DNA of 64,000 nucleotides, from assembly GCA_050012135.1 (NCBI GenBank), contig JBEKHT010000002.1, forward strand, positions 71,268 to 135,267, given 5' to 3'. Position 1 is the stretch's first letter; each line of letters opens with the position of its first letter. The notes beneath the pieces are model-generated. The model searched no databases and was not told where the DNA came from. It worked only from the letters and a program-made list of their open reading frames with translations. Source of the DNA: Anaerolineales bacterium (GTDB lineage Bacteria > Chloroflexota > Anaerolineae > Anaerolineales > RBG-16-64-43). Shown here in pieces: positions 37,790 through 48,153 of this stretch. Position numbers and translations under genes: made by a program.

Positions 37790-38518
37790 ATGATTCAGAT
37801 CTTCCATGATCTGCCCGAAGTGCAGAAGGCTGCAGCCGACCTGTTCTTGACGTTGAGCGGGCGTTCCATCCGGGAATCCGGCACGTTCTCGGTTGCTTTG
37901 TCGGGGGGCAGCACCCCAGAAGGCATGTACCGGCTCCTGGCCTCGCCGAGTTACCGCGATCGCATCGACTGGCGGAGAATCTACTTCTTCTGGGGGGACG
38001 AGCGCTGCGTTCCCGTTTTCGACGCTCGCAGCAATGTGCGCATGGCCCGCGAGGCATTCCTCGATCGGGTTCCGGTTTCTCCGGCCGGGGTTTTTCCCAT
38101 GCGGTGCGACCAGGATCCGGCGGCGGGGGCCGCCGCCTACGAGGCGGAGCTTCGAGGCCACTTTGGCCCATCCGGTCCCCGCTTCGACCTGGTGCTCCTG
38201 GGCCTGGGCGAGAACGGCCACACAGCTTCACTCTTCCCCTACACGCCGGTGCTGGGCGAAACGCAGAGATGGGTTGCGGAGGTTTACGTGCCGGACCAGA
38301 AGTTGTATCGCCTCACGCTGACCCCGGCGTCGATCAATCAGGCGCGCGAGGTTGTCTTCCTCGTTTCGGGCCAATCCAAAGCGGAGGCGGCGCGGGCGGT
38401 CCTCGAAGGCGAACCGGACCCCGAGCGATTCCCGGCTCAGCTCATTCGGCCGCAAGACGGGGAGGTGCATTGGCTTCTGGACGAGGCCGCGGCGGCTCGC
38501 CTCTCGATCGCTCGGTGA
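37790..38518 (+). CDS. pgl: 6-phosphogluconolactonase
   Basis: 242 aa. Motifs: FSVALSGGSTPEGMYRLL..FFWGDERCVP..DLVLLGLGENGHTASLFP. Confidence 0.9.
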   Translation: MIQIFHDLPEVQKAAADLFLTLSGRSIRESGTFSVALSGGSTPEGMYRLLASPSYRDRIDWRRIYFFWGDERCVPVFDARSNVRMAREAFLDRVPVSPAGVFPMRCDQDPAAGAAAYEAELRGHFGPSGPRFDLVLLGLGENGHTASLFPYTPVLGETQRWVAEVYVPDQKLYRLTLTPASINQAREVVFLVSGQSKAEAARAVLEGEPDPERFPAQLIRPQDGEVHWLLDEAAAARLSIAR

Positions 38519-38873
38519 GGAGAAAAGAGGCCATCCTTGCACGATCCGGGTCAGGGTCCAAGCCCTCACCTTGTGGGCGGAGTTTCAATCCCAGGGGGCC
38601 GGTGGTTGCTCTCCCGTAGTGGCCTGGGTTCTCTTTGGGGTCCGCCTCCGACACCCCTTGTCCGCCCGCGGGCGATGCCAACTCCCCCACAAAAGGTTCC
38701 ACTCCCCCGGATTTGCTGTTCCTCCCGGAGCAAGCACAGGCTTCGATCCACCCGGCAGTTGCGAGACTTGCTCCCAGGCCCGGCGGCGGAACTCCTGCCG
38801 GATGCCAGGGCTGAGTATTGATATGATCGGCGGGTGAGGCGGTTGGGGAGGCACATCCATTGGAGCGGATGCA

Positions 38874-39218
38874 ATGCATGAGTTGGCAGTGAGCGAGAAT
38901 CTCCTTGAGATCGCGGTGCGGCACGGTGAGGCCGCGCAGGCCAGCCGGGTGACCGACCTTTACTTGCGCATCGGGCAACTATCCTCCTTTGTGGACGATT
39001 CCGTTCAGTTCTACTGGGACATCATCAGCAAGGGAACGATCTGTGAGGGAGCCATCCTGCACTTCGAGCGAATCCCGGCCCAACTTCAGTGCCTTGATTG
39101 TGCGACGACATACAATCTGGAGGGCGAGATCCAGCCTTGTCCCCAATGCGGAAGCCTTCGCGTGAAGGTCCTGCGCGGAGATGAGCTGAAGCTCGACAGC
39201 ATCGCGGTCGACAGTTGA
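38874..39218 (+). CDS. hypA: hydrogenase nickel-insertion protein HypA
   Basis: 114 aa. MHELAVSENLLEI.. plus the zinc site CLDC..CPQCG. Confidence 0.9.
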   Translation: MHELAVSENLLEIAVRHGEAAQASRVTDLYLRIGQLSSFVDDSVQFYWDIISKGTICEGAILHFERIPAQLQCLDCATTYNLEGEIQPCPQCGSLRVKVLRGDELKLDSIAVDS

Positions 39219-39229
39219 GGCGACGCGAA

Positions 39230-39611
39230 CCTTCTCGGCCCTGCCTGGGTCCGCCGGGCGACCTCGTCCAAGTCCCTCGATCTTTCTCTGGAGGACCAAC
39301 TTCAATTCGATCGGACGGCCCGGCGTCGCCAGAATGATTCTCTCCCAGCCACTTGCGCCTTCTTCGGCAAGCGCGGTTTCCCAGGCTTTCCCGTACAGGG
39401 CCGGGGTTTCGGGAGAGGCCAGGGCGGGGGCCTTCGACTTCTGGGCGCACCGGAATTGGCCCGTTCCATTATGTTCCTCGACCGATCCAGCCGGGCTCTT
39501 GGACCCGCTCCTCCTGCAAATGGCGCACTCTGGCCTCCCTGATCCCGGAACTACCCCAATAGCCAATCACTTGTTCAGGGTTTGGCGACTCACAATGGGC
39601 AGACGACTCAT
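39230..39611 (-). pseudogene. possible decayed hicA/hicB-like toxin-antitoxin remnant
   Basis: MSRLPIVSRQTLNK is followed by an in-frame TGA at 39567-39569. LAIGVVPGSGRP..VEEHNGTGQFRCAQKSKAPAL has HicA/YcfA-like spacing but lacks the GSH motif. ..WETALAEEGASGWERIILATPGRP is HicB-N-like. There is no stop before the frame runs antisense into hypA. The resemblance is weak. Confidence 0.2.
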
Positions 39612-40330
39612 CCCGTGGGGAGCATGCGCTCACGGGCGGCGGCCACCGTCTCATCCCCTTTGGACGCACGGGCCAGGGGCGGGCTGGCATTCCGCGATGG
39701 GATCAAACCGAGACTAATCCCAGGGCCGCTCCACGCCCTCCTCGACCCGTTCATGGCTCTTCCCTGTGGCTCGGCCGAAGCCAACCAGGACGTCTGGCGC
39801 ACCCTGTTTGAACAAGCCCGTCCGAAGAAAGGAGAGGGTGTCCCGGTGCCATGATCTCGTGATGGAACCATCGTTTCTCGCCAACATGGTCAATTGCCTT
39901 GAAACGAAGGGGAGGAAGAGCAAGGAGGCATGGGCTAGGCACTTGGTCGTGCGTAGTAACAATTCCAATGACCAAAAGCGACCACGCCCTCCGAATTGCG
40001 GTGTGTCATCTGTCGGTTCTTTCCGAGGGAAAACGAGTGAAACAGGCCAGCGGATTTCGAGAAAACGCCTGACTTGATGCTATCAGAACTTACTCCGAGG
40101 TAAGTGGTGACAAAAGTCCTAATTTGGCTCGAGGCAACATGCTAATATGAGATTTGGTGAATTGGTTCCCGCGAGCTGCGGAGCTCGCCTTTCCTCGCAG
40201 GGGCTGGGCCGGGTTGGATGGGCAGGGTGGTGCCACCGGAACGCTCGCTTGGGGCGCAGGAGGGATTAGCTCCCCAAGGTTCCCTGGTGCCGAACGGTTG
40301 GGGCCAATACCATCTCGGCGGTGGGCAGCG

Positions 40331-41026
40331 ATGGAGAGGGGTTCGAAAGGGACTGACATGGCGCGTCGTGTGGAAGTGGTAGAAAACATCCTAGGTGCGA
40401 ATGAACGGATTGCGGGGGAGAATCGGCGGCTCCTGGATGATGCGCACCTTCTTGCAGTCAACCTGATGGCTTCGCCAGGCGCGGGGAAAACCTCGCTGAT
40501 CGAGAAGACGCTTGAGACCCTCTCCCCACGCTTGCGCATACTGGTCATCGATGGCGACCTGGCCACAGACCTGGACGCTGAACGTGCCCGTGCGGCGGGC
40601 GCCGATGCGCTTCAGATCAACACAGGCGGAGAGTGCCACCTGGATGCAAACATGGTGGGCCGGGCTCTCCATCAGTTTGACCTGCAGCGGTACGACCTGC
40701 TGATCATCGAGAACGTCGGCAACCTGATATGTCCGGCCGCTTTTGCTCTGGGCTCGCACAAGAGCATTCTGATCGCCTCGGTTCCAGAGGGGGATGACAA
40801 GCCTTACAAGTACCCGACCACCTACCGGGGGGTCGATGTGCTGGTGATCAACAAGGTGGACCTGTTGCCGTACGTCCCCTTCCGAATGGACCGGTTCCAG
40901 AAGGGGGTGGAACTGCTCAATCCGGGGGTCGTGACCTTCCCGCTCTCGTGTCGAAGCGGGGAAGGCGTGAGTGCCTGGACCGATTGGTTGGTCAGGGAGA
41001 TTCGCGAGCGAAGGCCTGGGGAATGA
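40331..41026 (+). CDS. hypB: hydrogenase nickel-incorporation GTPase HypB
   Basis: ORF 40154..41026(+) trimmed. Motifs: ..ENILGANERIAGENRRLL..NLMASPGAGKTSLIEKT..ENVGNLICPA..INKVDL. Start is ATG 40331 or 40358. Confidence 0.9.
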   Translation: MERGSKGTDMARRVEVVENILGANERIAGENRRLLDDAHLLAVNLMASPGAGKTSLIEKTLETLSPRLRILVIDGDLATDLDAERARAAGADALQINTGGECHLDANMVGRALHQFDLQRYDLLIIENVGNLICPAAFALGSHKSILIASVPEGDDKPYKYPTTYRGVDVLVINKVDLLPYVPFRMDRFQKGVELLNPGVVTFPLSCRSGEGVSAWTDWLVREIRERRPGE

Positions 41027-43398
41027 CTGAGGTAAATAAGATCCGGGGCGCAAGCATACGCGTGCGGGGGGTCGTGCAGGGGGTCGGTTTTCGACCCTTT
41101 GTCTACGCCCTGGCCAGGCGCCTGGATCTCAACGGCTGGGTGCGCAACACCTCCGCGGGAGTGGAGATTGAAATCGATGGCTCGTCCCGCCATCTTGAGG
41201 AGTTCGTTCGCGACCTTCGTTTGCTTGCCCCTCCTCTCGCGCGGATCGACCAAGTCCAGGTGGAGCAGCGACCGGCCAACGGCTACAGGGAGTTTGCCAT
41301 CCTGGCTTCGGAGCCGATCCCACAGGCCTTCCAGCCGGTGTCCCCGGACATGGGCCTGTGCACCGATTGCCTTCGCGAGCTATTTGATCCTCAGAACCGC
41401 CGGTATCGATATCCTTTCATCAACTGCACCAACTGCGGCCCTCGGTTCACCATCATTGAGGACGTGCCCTATGACCGGGCCAACACGACCATGGCCGCCT
41501 TTGCCATGTGCGCTTCCTGCGCCTCCGAGTACGAGGACCCAGGCGATCGACGCTTCCACGCCCAACCGGTTGCCTGCCTGAGCTGTGGGCCTCAGATCTG
41601 GTTGGAGGAGGGGGGCCAAACTCTGGCGAAACGCGAGGAGGCTCTGCGCATGGCCCGCTCGTATTTGGCCGATGGCAGAATCCTGGCGGTGCGGGGACTG
41701 GGGGGATTCCATCTAGCCTGCGACGCAACCAATTCACAGGCTGTGGCCGAACTCCGGCGCAGGAAGTTGCGGGTCGACAAGCCCTTCGCCCTAATGGTCT
41801 GGAATCTGGCGGCGGCCCGATTGATCTGTGATCTGGACCCCGAGGAGGACAACTGGATTCAATCGCAGCAGCGGCCGATTCTCCTGCTGCGGCGAAAAGG
41901 GAATACCTCCGTTGCGAGCGAGGTGGCTCCTGGGCAGAGAACTCTTGGGGTCATGCTGCCGTACACCCCGCTGCACTTCCTCCTTCTTGAGCCGAGCGAC
42001 GGATACCCGCGCGCCCTGGTCATGACCAGCGGAAACCTGAGCGAGGAACCCATCGCCACGAACCTCGGGGAGGCCCGGCAGCGGCTGGCCGCGGTGGCGG
42101 ATGCTTTCCTTATGCATGACCGGGAGATCCGCACCCGGTGCGACGACTCGGTCGTCCGCGTGTTCTCAGGCTGGCGGATGTCAAATGGGGTGATGGATTC
42201 CCAGTCCGTCCTGCTTCCGCTTCGTCGCTCCAGAGGCTACGCTCCTTTCCCTGTCAAGTTGCCCTGGGACTCCCCAAGCGTTCTGGCCGTAGGGGGTGAG
42301 CTCAAGAACACTTTTTGCCTCACCCGTGCAGACTATGCTTTCATGAGCCAGCACATCGGGGACCTTGAGAACTACGAAACGCTTCGTTCCTTCGCTCAGG
42401 GGATCGAACATTATGAGCGTCTTTTTCATGTCCGGCCCGAGGCCCTAGCTTGCGACCTCCACCCAGACTACCTCGCCACCCGGTATGCGGAGGAGCGGGC
42501 GGCGCAAGCGAATCTCCCCCTGACTCGCGTACAGCATCACCACGCCCACATTGCAGCGTGCATGGCTGAGCACGGGGAAGATGGGAGCTCCCCAGTCATT
42601 GGGGTCGCCTTTGACGGCACGGGTTATGGCTCCGATGGGACGATCTGGGGCGGGGAGGTCCTGATCGCTGACTACGAAGGATTCGAGCGAGCCATCCATT
42701 TGGAGACAATCCCTCTGCTTGGTGGCGAGGCGGCTGTGCGCGAACCCTACCGCCTGTCACTGGCTTGGTTGTGGCGCTCCGGGCTGGAGTGGGACGCTGA
42801 CCTTCCCCCGGTGCGGCACGCCGTCGTGGCATCCAGGCAGGCCCTGAAGAGAATCCTCGAAGGAGGAACCGGAACCTCCCAGTCGGGAGGCCTGAATGCG
42901 CCTCTTACCTCCAGCATGGGCCGTCTTTTCGATGCGTTCGCGGCGCTGGTCGGATTGCGGGAGGAGGTGAACTACGAGGCGCAGGCGGCGATGGAACTGG
43001 AAGCGGTCTGCGACCCCGAGGAGCGCGGGTCCTATCCCTTTGAGTGCCATGGTCAAGTCATCAGCCCGATTCCCCTTTTCATTCAAGCCGCTGCGGAGCT
43101 TCGTTCTGGCACCCCCTTGGCCCGCATGGCAAGCCGCTTCCACAACGCGGTGGCACGGATGGTCGCGGAGACTTGCGCCCAGCTATCGCGCGAGCGAGGA
43201 CTGAAGAAAGTAGCACTCAGTGGAGGGGTCTGGCAAAACCAGTTCTTGCTCAGCCGGACCGTGCCGCTCCTGGAAGCGCAAGGTCTCGGGGTGCTCCTGC
43301 ACAACAAGGTTCCGAGCAATGATGGGGGGATCGCCTTGGGCCAGGCGGCTGTTGCTGCCCATCAGCTGGTCCGATCCGCAGGGATCGGGAGTGTCTAG
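41023..43398 (+). CDS. hypF: carbamoyltransferase HypF
   Basis: ORF 40948..43398(+) trimmed to MTEVNKIRGASIRVRGVVQGVGFRPFVY (acylphosphatase domain). It has two CxxC zinc fingers plus YrdC-like and Kae1-like parts. ATGA overlap with hypB. Confidence 0.95.
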   Translation: MTEVNKIRGASIRVRGVVQGVGFRPFVYALARRLDLNGWVRNTSAGVEIEIDGSSRHLEEFVRDLRLLAPPLARIDQVQVEQRPANGYREFAILASEPIPQAFQPVSPDMGLCTDCLRELFDPQNRRYRYPFINCTNCGPRFTIIEDVPYDRANTTMAAFAMCASCASEYEDPGDRRFHAQPVACLSCGPQIWLEEGGQTLAKREEALRMARSYLADGRILAVRGLGGFHLACDATNSQAVAELRRRKLRVDKPFALMVWNLAAARLICDLDPEEDNWIQSQQRPILLLRRKGNTSVASEVAPGQRTLGVMLPYTPLHFLLLEPSDGYPRALVMTSGNLSEEPIATNLGEARQRLAAVADAFLMHDREIRTRCDDSVVRVFSGWRMSNGVMDSQSVLLPLRRSRGYAPFPVKLPWDSPSVLAVGGELKNTFCLTRADYAFMSQHIGDLENYETLRSFAQGIEHYERLFHVRPEALACDLHPDYLATRYAEERAAQANLPLTRVQHHHAHIAACMAEHGEDGSSPVIGVAFDGTGYGSDGTIWGGEVLIADYEGFERAIHLETIPLLGGEAAVREPYRLSLAWLWRSGLEWDADLPPVRHAVVASRQALKRILEGGTGTSQSGGLNAPLTSSMGRLFDAFAALVGLREEVNYEAQAAMELEAVCDPEERGSYPFECHGQVISPIPLFIQAAAELRSGTPLARMASRFHNAVARMVAETCAQLSRERGLKKVALSGGVWQNQFLLSRTVPLLEAQGLGVLLHNKVPSNDGGIALGQAAVAAHQLVRSAGIGSV

Positions 43399-43488
43399 GG
43401 GAGGCGGCGGTCGGCCCCGACGCTGATCCTCCGGTTGTCCGAAGGCGTGCAAGCAGGTCGGTTGCGGAGTGGAATAGGGAGGTGAGCT

Positions 43489-43755
43489 GTGTGCCTAGCG
43501 GTTCCCGGGAAGATTCTTGAGATCCATCAGACCGATGGGGTTGACATGGCCCAGGTCGACTTCGAAGGAGTGCGGCGGGAAGCCTGCCTGATGTATCTTC
43601 CGGAAGCGAAGGTGGGAGACTACGTCCTGGTCCATGTCGGCTTTGCGATGAGCCTCGTGAGTCAGGAGGAAGCTCTGGCCTCCCTGGATCTTCTCCGGCA
43701 GGTTGCCAGCGCGGGAGCGGAAGACGACACAGTCGCCGGAGATGCCCTCTCATGA
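43489..43755 (+). CDS. hypC: hydrogenase assembly chaperone HypC
   Basis: 88 aa with the [13 protein letters not shown]-terminus. GTG start after GGGAGGTG. Confidence 0.9.
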   Translation: MCLAVPGKILEIHQTDGVDMAQVDFEGVRREACLMYLPEAKVGDYVLVHVGFAMSLVSQEEALASLDLLRQVASAGAEDDTVAGDALS

Positions 43756-44867
43756 AATACCTGACCGAGTTCCGTGACGGGCAGTTGGCTCAGCGCCTGC
43801 TGGGTGAGATCCGCCAGGTGGTCACGCGGCCCTGGGTCCTGATGGAGATTTGCGGGGGGCAAACCCACGCGATCGTGCGCCACGGGCTCGATCAGGTTCT
43901 CCCGCCGGAAGTCGAATTGGTGCACGGTCCGGGCTGTCCCGTGTGTGTCACCCCGGTCGAACTGATTGACAAGGCGATTGCCATCGCCTCTTTCCCGGAT
44001 GTGATCCTCTGCTCCTACGGTGACATGCTGCGCGTTCCTGGGTCCGACCGCGATCTGTTCTCCGTGCGGGCAGCGGGCGGCGATGTGCGCGTGGTCTATT
44101 CTCCTCTGGACGCCCTGAAGCTGGCCCAGCAGAATGTCCACAAGCAAGTTGTATTCTTTGCGGTCGGCTTCGAAACGACGGCTCCCGCCAATGTGGCCAG
44201 CGTGGTTCAGGCGCGGGCCCTGGGTATCCGGAACTATTCGGTGCTGGTTTCCCACTTCTGCGTGCCGCCCGCGATCGAGGCCATCCTCAGTTCGCCTGGC
44301 AATCGCGTTCAGGCCTTCCTTGCCGCGGGACATGTTTGCGCAGTGATGGGCTATTGGGAGTACCCGCCGCTGGCGTCACGCTACGGAGTTCCCATCGTGG
44401 TAACCGGGTTTGAGCCCGTCGATCTTCTTCAAGGGATCCTGGCCGCGGTAAAGCAGTTGGAGCAGGGGAGGGCCGAGGCTGAAAATGCCTATGGCCGCGT
44501 GGTGACCCGGCAGGGGAATCGCCCGGCCCAGGAGGTGATCCGCCAGGTATTCATGCCTTGCGATCGCAAATGGCGTGGCGTGGGCATGATCCCACTCAGC
44601 GGTTGGCGCCTGCGCCCCGAGTTTTCCGAATTCGATGCGGAACATCGCTTCCCGGTTGAATCGATCCAGCCTCACGAATCCCCCCTATGCATTGCAGGCC
44701 AGATTCTGCGCGGTTTGAAGAAACCGGAGCAATGTCCCGCGTTCGGTGTCCAGTGCACACCCGAGAATCCACTGGGGGCGCCCATGGTTTCCTCCGAGGG
44801 TGCCTGCGCGGCATACTTCCGCTACCGGCCCAGCGTGAGGTCGGAGGTCCATGCCGAGTCACTTTGA
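43752..44867 (+). CDS. hypD: hydrogenase maturation protein HypD
   Basis: 371 aa. Motifs: [37 protein letters not shown]. Confidence 0.95.
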   Translation: MKYLTEFRDGQLAQRLLGEIRQVVTRPWVLMEICGGQTHAIVRHGLDQVLPPEVELVHGPGCPVCVTPVELIDKAIAIASFPDVILCSYGDMLRVPGSDRDLFSVRAAGGDVRVVYSPLDALKLAQQNVHKQVVFFAVGFETTAPANVASVVQARALGIRNYSVLVSHFCVPPAIEAILSSPGNRVQAFLAAGHVCAVMGYWEYPPLASRYGVPIVVTGFEPVDLLQGILAAVKQLEQGRAEAENAYGRVVTRQGNRPAQEVIRQVFMPCDRKWRGVGMIPLSGWRLRPEFSEFDAEHRFPVESIQPHESPLCIAGQILRGLKKPEQCPAFGVQCTPENPLGAPMVSSEGACAAYFRYRPSVRSEVHAESL

Positions 44868-45411
44868 CCTCTTGGCGCCTTTCTACGATCGGGTGATAGG
44901 CGCCCCAGCCATTGACCGCCTGACGCAGCTCCTGTGTCTGCCGATCGCGGGGAGGGTTTTGGAGGCTGGCGGAGGGACCGGACGCAAGGCCTCGCTTTTC
45001 CAGGGCCAAGCCGGGAAGGTGGTGGTCGGCGATCTTTCGTTCCCGATGCTCCGGGCAGCGCAGCGGCGCAGAGGGCTGGGCCTGGTCCAGTGCCGCACCG
45101 AGAGGCTTCCTTTTGTCACAGGGTGTTTCGAAAGAATTCTGCTGGCGGACGCCCTGCATCATTTTCAGAATCAAATGGAGGCCCTGGGCGAGGCCGTACG
45201 CGTCCTGCACCCAGGCGGTCGACTGGTGATCGAGGAACCCGACATCACGAAATTGTCGGGCAAGGTGCTTGCGCTGGCGGAGAGGCTGTTTCTAATGCAT
45301 AGCCGGTTTCTTTCGGCAGATGAGATCACGACCTGGATCTCTCGGCAGGGACTCCGGCCCTTGGTTGACCGGGATGATGGTTTCTCGGTACGAATCGCGG
45401 TGGACAAATGA
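44851..45411 (+). CDS. class I SAM-dependent methyltransferase embedded between hypD and hypE
   Basis: 186 aa. [64 protein letters not shown]. Overlaps the hypD end by 17 nt and the hypE start by 4 nt. Confidence 0.8.
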   Translation: MPSHFDLLAPFYDRVIGAPAIDRLTQLLCLPIAGRVLEAGGGTGRKASLFQGQAGKVVVGDLSFPMLRAAQRRRGLGLVQCRTERLPFVTGCFERILLADALHHFQNQMEALGEAVRVLHPGGRLVIEEPDITKLSGKVLALAERLFLMHSRFLSADEITTWISRQGLRPLVDRDDGFSVRIAVDK

Positions 45412-46469
45412 GCGAACCTCCAAGCATGGAAGGCGCCTATTGCCCCCTGCCCATAACCCAGAGAAGCCAGATCGTCATGGGACATGGAAGCGGCGGCAAG
45501 ATGACCCATGATCTGATCGCCCAGGCTTTCCTGCCGGCGTTCAATAACCCGGCCCTGATGGCTGGAGATGACGGCGCGGTCGTCGATTGTGGTGGGGGGG
45601 TGCGTCTCGCGATTAGCACCGATTCACACGTGGTGTGGCCGCTCTTCTTCCCGGGAGGAGACATAGGGCGCCTGGCCGTGTGCGGCACCGTGAATGATGT
45701 TTCCATGATGGGGGCCGAACCGCGCTATCTCACAGCCGGATTTGTGCTCGAGGAAGGACTGAGCCTCGAGTTGTTGGGGAAGGTTATCGACTCGATGCGG
45801 CTCGCGTCGGTTGAGGCGGGGATTCAAATCGTGGCCGGAGATACCAAGGTCGTGCAGAAGGGCAAGGCGGACGGCCTGTACATCAACACCAGCGGTGTGG
45901 GGATCCTTGCGGCGGGTCGGGAGCTGAGTGGTCGGAATGGCAGGGTCGGGGACGTGATCATCCTTTCGGGGCCCGTGGGCGATCACGGCATCGCCGTTCT
46001 TTGCGCTCGCGGCGAGCTGGGCCTGCAATCTGAGGTGAAGAGCGATATCGCGCCCCTTAACCATTTAACAAGAGCCATGCTGGACACGGGCGCCGAGATC
46101 CATGTCCTGCGCGATCCGACTCGAGGTGGGCTGGCGACCTCGCTGAACGAAATTGCCGTTCAATCTCAGATCGGCATCCTGATCCGCGAAAGCGCCGTGC
46201 CTGTTCGGCCCGCGGTGGCGGCCGCGTGCGAGCTGCTGGGATTTGACCCGCTGTACGTCGCCAACGAGGGCAAGCTGATCGGGCTGGTGGCGGCAAAAGA
46301 TGCCCAGGCCGTACTGGCCGCCATGCGCAAGGCGCGCTACGGCGAAGAGGCCGTGGTGATCGGCGAGGTTGTTCGCGAGCCAATTGCCCGCGTCCTGATG
46401 GAAACGGAGATTGGCAGCCATCGGATCCTCGATGTCTTGAGCGGGGAAATGCTCCCTCGTATTTGCTAG
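45408..46469 (+). CDS. hypE: hydrogenase maturation carbamoyl dehydratase HypE
   Basis: 353 aa. Motifs: ..IVMGHGSGGKMTHDLI..DDGAVV.., and the C-terminal PRIC motif. Confidence 0.95.
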   Translation: MSEPPSMEGAYCPLPITQRSQIVMGHGSGGKMTHDLIAQAFLPAFNNPALMAGDDGAVVDCGGGVRLAISTDSHVVWPLFFPGGDIGRLAVCGTVNDVSMMGAEPRYLTAGFVLEEGLSLELLGKVIDSMRLASVEAGIQIVAGDTKVVQKGKADGLYINTSGVGILAAGRELSGRNGRVGDVIILSGPVGDHGIAVLCARGELGLQSEVKSDIAPLNHLTRAMLDTGAEIHVLRDPTRGGLATSLNEIAVQSQIGILIRESAVPVRPAVAAACELLGFDPLYVANEGKLIGLVAAKDAQAVLAAMRKARYGEEAVVIGEVVREPIARVLMETEIGSHRILDVLSGEMLPRIC

Positions 46470-46509
46470 CCAGGAGCTTTGCCGTGTCGTTGGGGGTGGC
46501 AGGAGATAA

Positions 46510-46531
46510 GGGCCCGCAGGGATGCGGGCCC
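46510..46531 (+). terminator. perfect 8-bp GC hairpin downstream of hypE (terminator-like, no T-run)
   Basis: gggcccgc (46510-46517) and gcgggccc (46524-46531) flank the loop agggat. Confidence 0.3.
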
Positions 46532-46616
46532 TCGCATTGGGGGTGGCGTGCCGGGAACATTCGGCAGGGTCTTGGGCGAACGGGCAGACCGATCGTCCGC
46601 CCCGGCCGATTGACAG

Positions 46617-47270
46617 GTGGCTGCAAACTGCGTGGATTTGAACCCCCGAGCGAAGAATTCAACGGTCAAGACCCGCCTCGAGCGTCCGCAGTCATTTCGG
46701 CGGTTGAAGCTGCTCTCGGAGCCCCGCCGCTTGACTGTTCTCCCGGTGCTGACGTCGGCGCCCGCCTCGCCGACCCAGAGAGGGCAGGCGCTGGGAAAGC
46801 ATCCCGCCTGGGTTTGGCACCACCTCAAACAAAGGGAGTCCGCCGGGCGGGTCGAACTCCTTGAAACGCATTCCAGGGCGGGCACCTTGGAAAGGATCTA
46901 TCGCGCGCGCAGGTTCTGGTTTCAGGAACTCATCCTGCCTGAGGACCCGCGGCGCCCAGCCATCGTGCCGTACGGCGGCCACGACTTGGCCCTGGGACTA
47001 CCCCAATTCCACTTCCGGGAAAAGGACCTGAAGTTGGCTATTCCTCCCAGCGGTCCGTATGCGTGCTGGACCTTGGGACCCTTTCCCCTTAAGCGGAAGC
47101 GCACCGGTGGTCTTTGGCTCCCTCCGGTCTGGCCAAACGACAGGTTCCCATGGATCACGCCCACAATCCATCCGAAGCGCCTGTCCCCGGGGAGGAGGAT
47201 GCTATACTCGCCCTATGAGCATCCAGGCACCTTTATTACGTTTCATCATTCGCATCGGGGCGAGGGGTGA
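46617..47270 (+). pseudogene. ArsR-like HTH regulator with a truncated/decayed periplasmic-binding-protein-like C-terminal part
   Basis: LKLLSEPRRLTVLPVLTSAPASPTQRGQALGKHPAWVWHHLKQRESAGRVELLE is the HTH. ..QELILPEDPRRPAIVPYGGHDLALGLP is the start of a PBP-like domain. After that the sequence loses family character, and the ORF overlaps the next gene by about 55 nt. Confidence 0.4.
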
Positions 47271-48105
47271 GGTCTCGAAGCGGACCCTGGCGAAGCGACG
47301 GCAGTCTGCGTCTTTCGGAGCGGGGCTGATTCGCCCTCCGCGGGGAACGGTCATCGTGCCCGAATCGGCCGCCCAAGTTCCCGCCCGTTGGATCACCTCT
47401 TCGCAGGCGGGATCTGAGCGAGTGCTTCTGTATTTTCACGGGGGCGGCTGGGTCTACGGCTGGACGCAATTCCACGCTCTTTTTGTCGGTCAGCTCACAC
47501 GGGCCAGCAAAGCCCGGGCTATGGCAGTTGATTATCGGTTGGCCCCAGAGCATCCCTACCCCGCGGCCCTGGAGGACTGCGTACGGGCCTACCGTTCATT
47601 GATCGATCGCGGTGTGCCGCCCGGGAGAATCGTGCTGATCGGAGATTCGGCGGGTGGCAACCTCACCCTGGTCACACTGCTCGCCCTCAAAGGCGCCGGC
47701 CTTCCGCTTCCCGCCGCCGGCATTTGCCTGTCCCCCGTGACGGATCTCGCCGCAAAGCGGGATGCGTCCGTCCGGAATGTCCGTAAGGACGTGGTCCTGA
47801 ATCCTGCCTCCATGAAATTCTTCCACGAGTCCTACTTGGACGGGCAGGACCCTCACGATCCGCTCATTTCCCCAGTCTACGCAGACCTGATCGGTCTTCC
47901 CCCGCTTCTGATCCAGGTCGGCGGGGACGAAATCCTGCTGGACGACGCCGAGAAGCTTGCTGCCCAGGCTGTTCAAGCCGGGGTGGACGCAACTCTGCAT
48001 GTGTACCCAGGCATGTGGCATGTCTGGCAGCTCTTCGCCCCCTTCTTACCGGAGGCGGAGAAGGCTGTTGAGGAAATCGGACAGTTTGTTCAATCGCACA
48101 CCTAG
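47215..48105 (+). CDS. alpha/beta hydrolase fold-3 esterase/lipase (HSL family)
   Basis: ORF 47059..48105(+) trimmed to MSIQAPLL. Motifs: LLYFHGGGWVYG (HGGG box), IGDSAGGNL (nucleophile elbow) and ..YPGMWHVW. Confidence 0.85.
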   Translation: MSIQAPLLRFIIRIGARGEVSKRTLAKRRQSASFGAGLIRPPRGTVIVPESAAQVPARWITSSQAGSERVLLYFHGGGWVYGWTQFHALFVGQLTRASKARAMAVDYRLAPEHPYPAALEDCVRAYRSLIDRGVPPGRIVLIGDSAGGNLTLVTLLALKGAGLPLPAAGICLSPVTDLAAKRDASVRNVRKDVVLNPASMKFFHESYLDGQDPHDPLISPVYADLIGLPPLLIQVGGDEILLDDAEKLAAQAVQAGVDATLHVYPGMWHVWQLFAPFLPEAEKAVEEIGQFVQSHT

Positions 48106-48153
48106 GAGGGTTGGGTCGCGGTCCGTTGCACTCGCTCTCTTGCATTCAACCTG

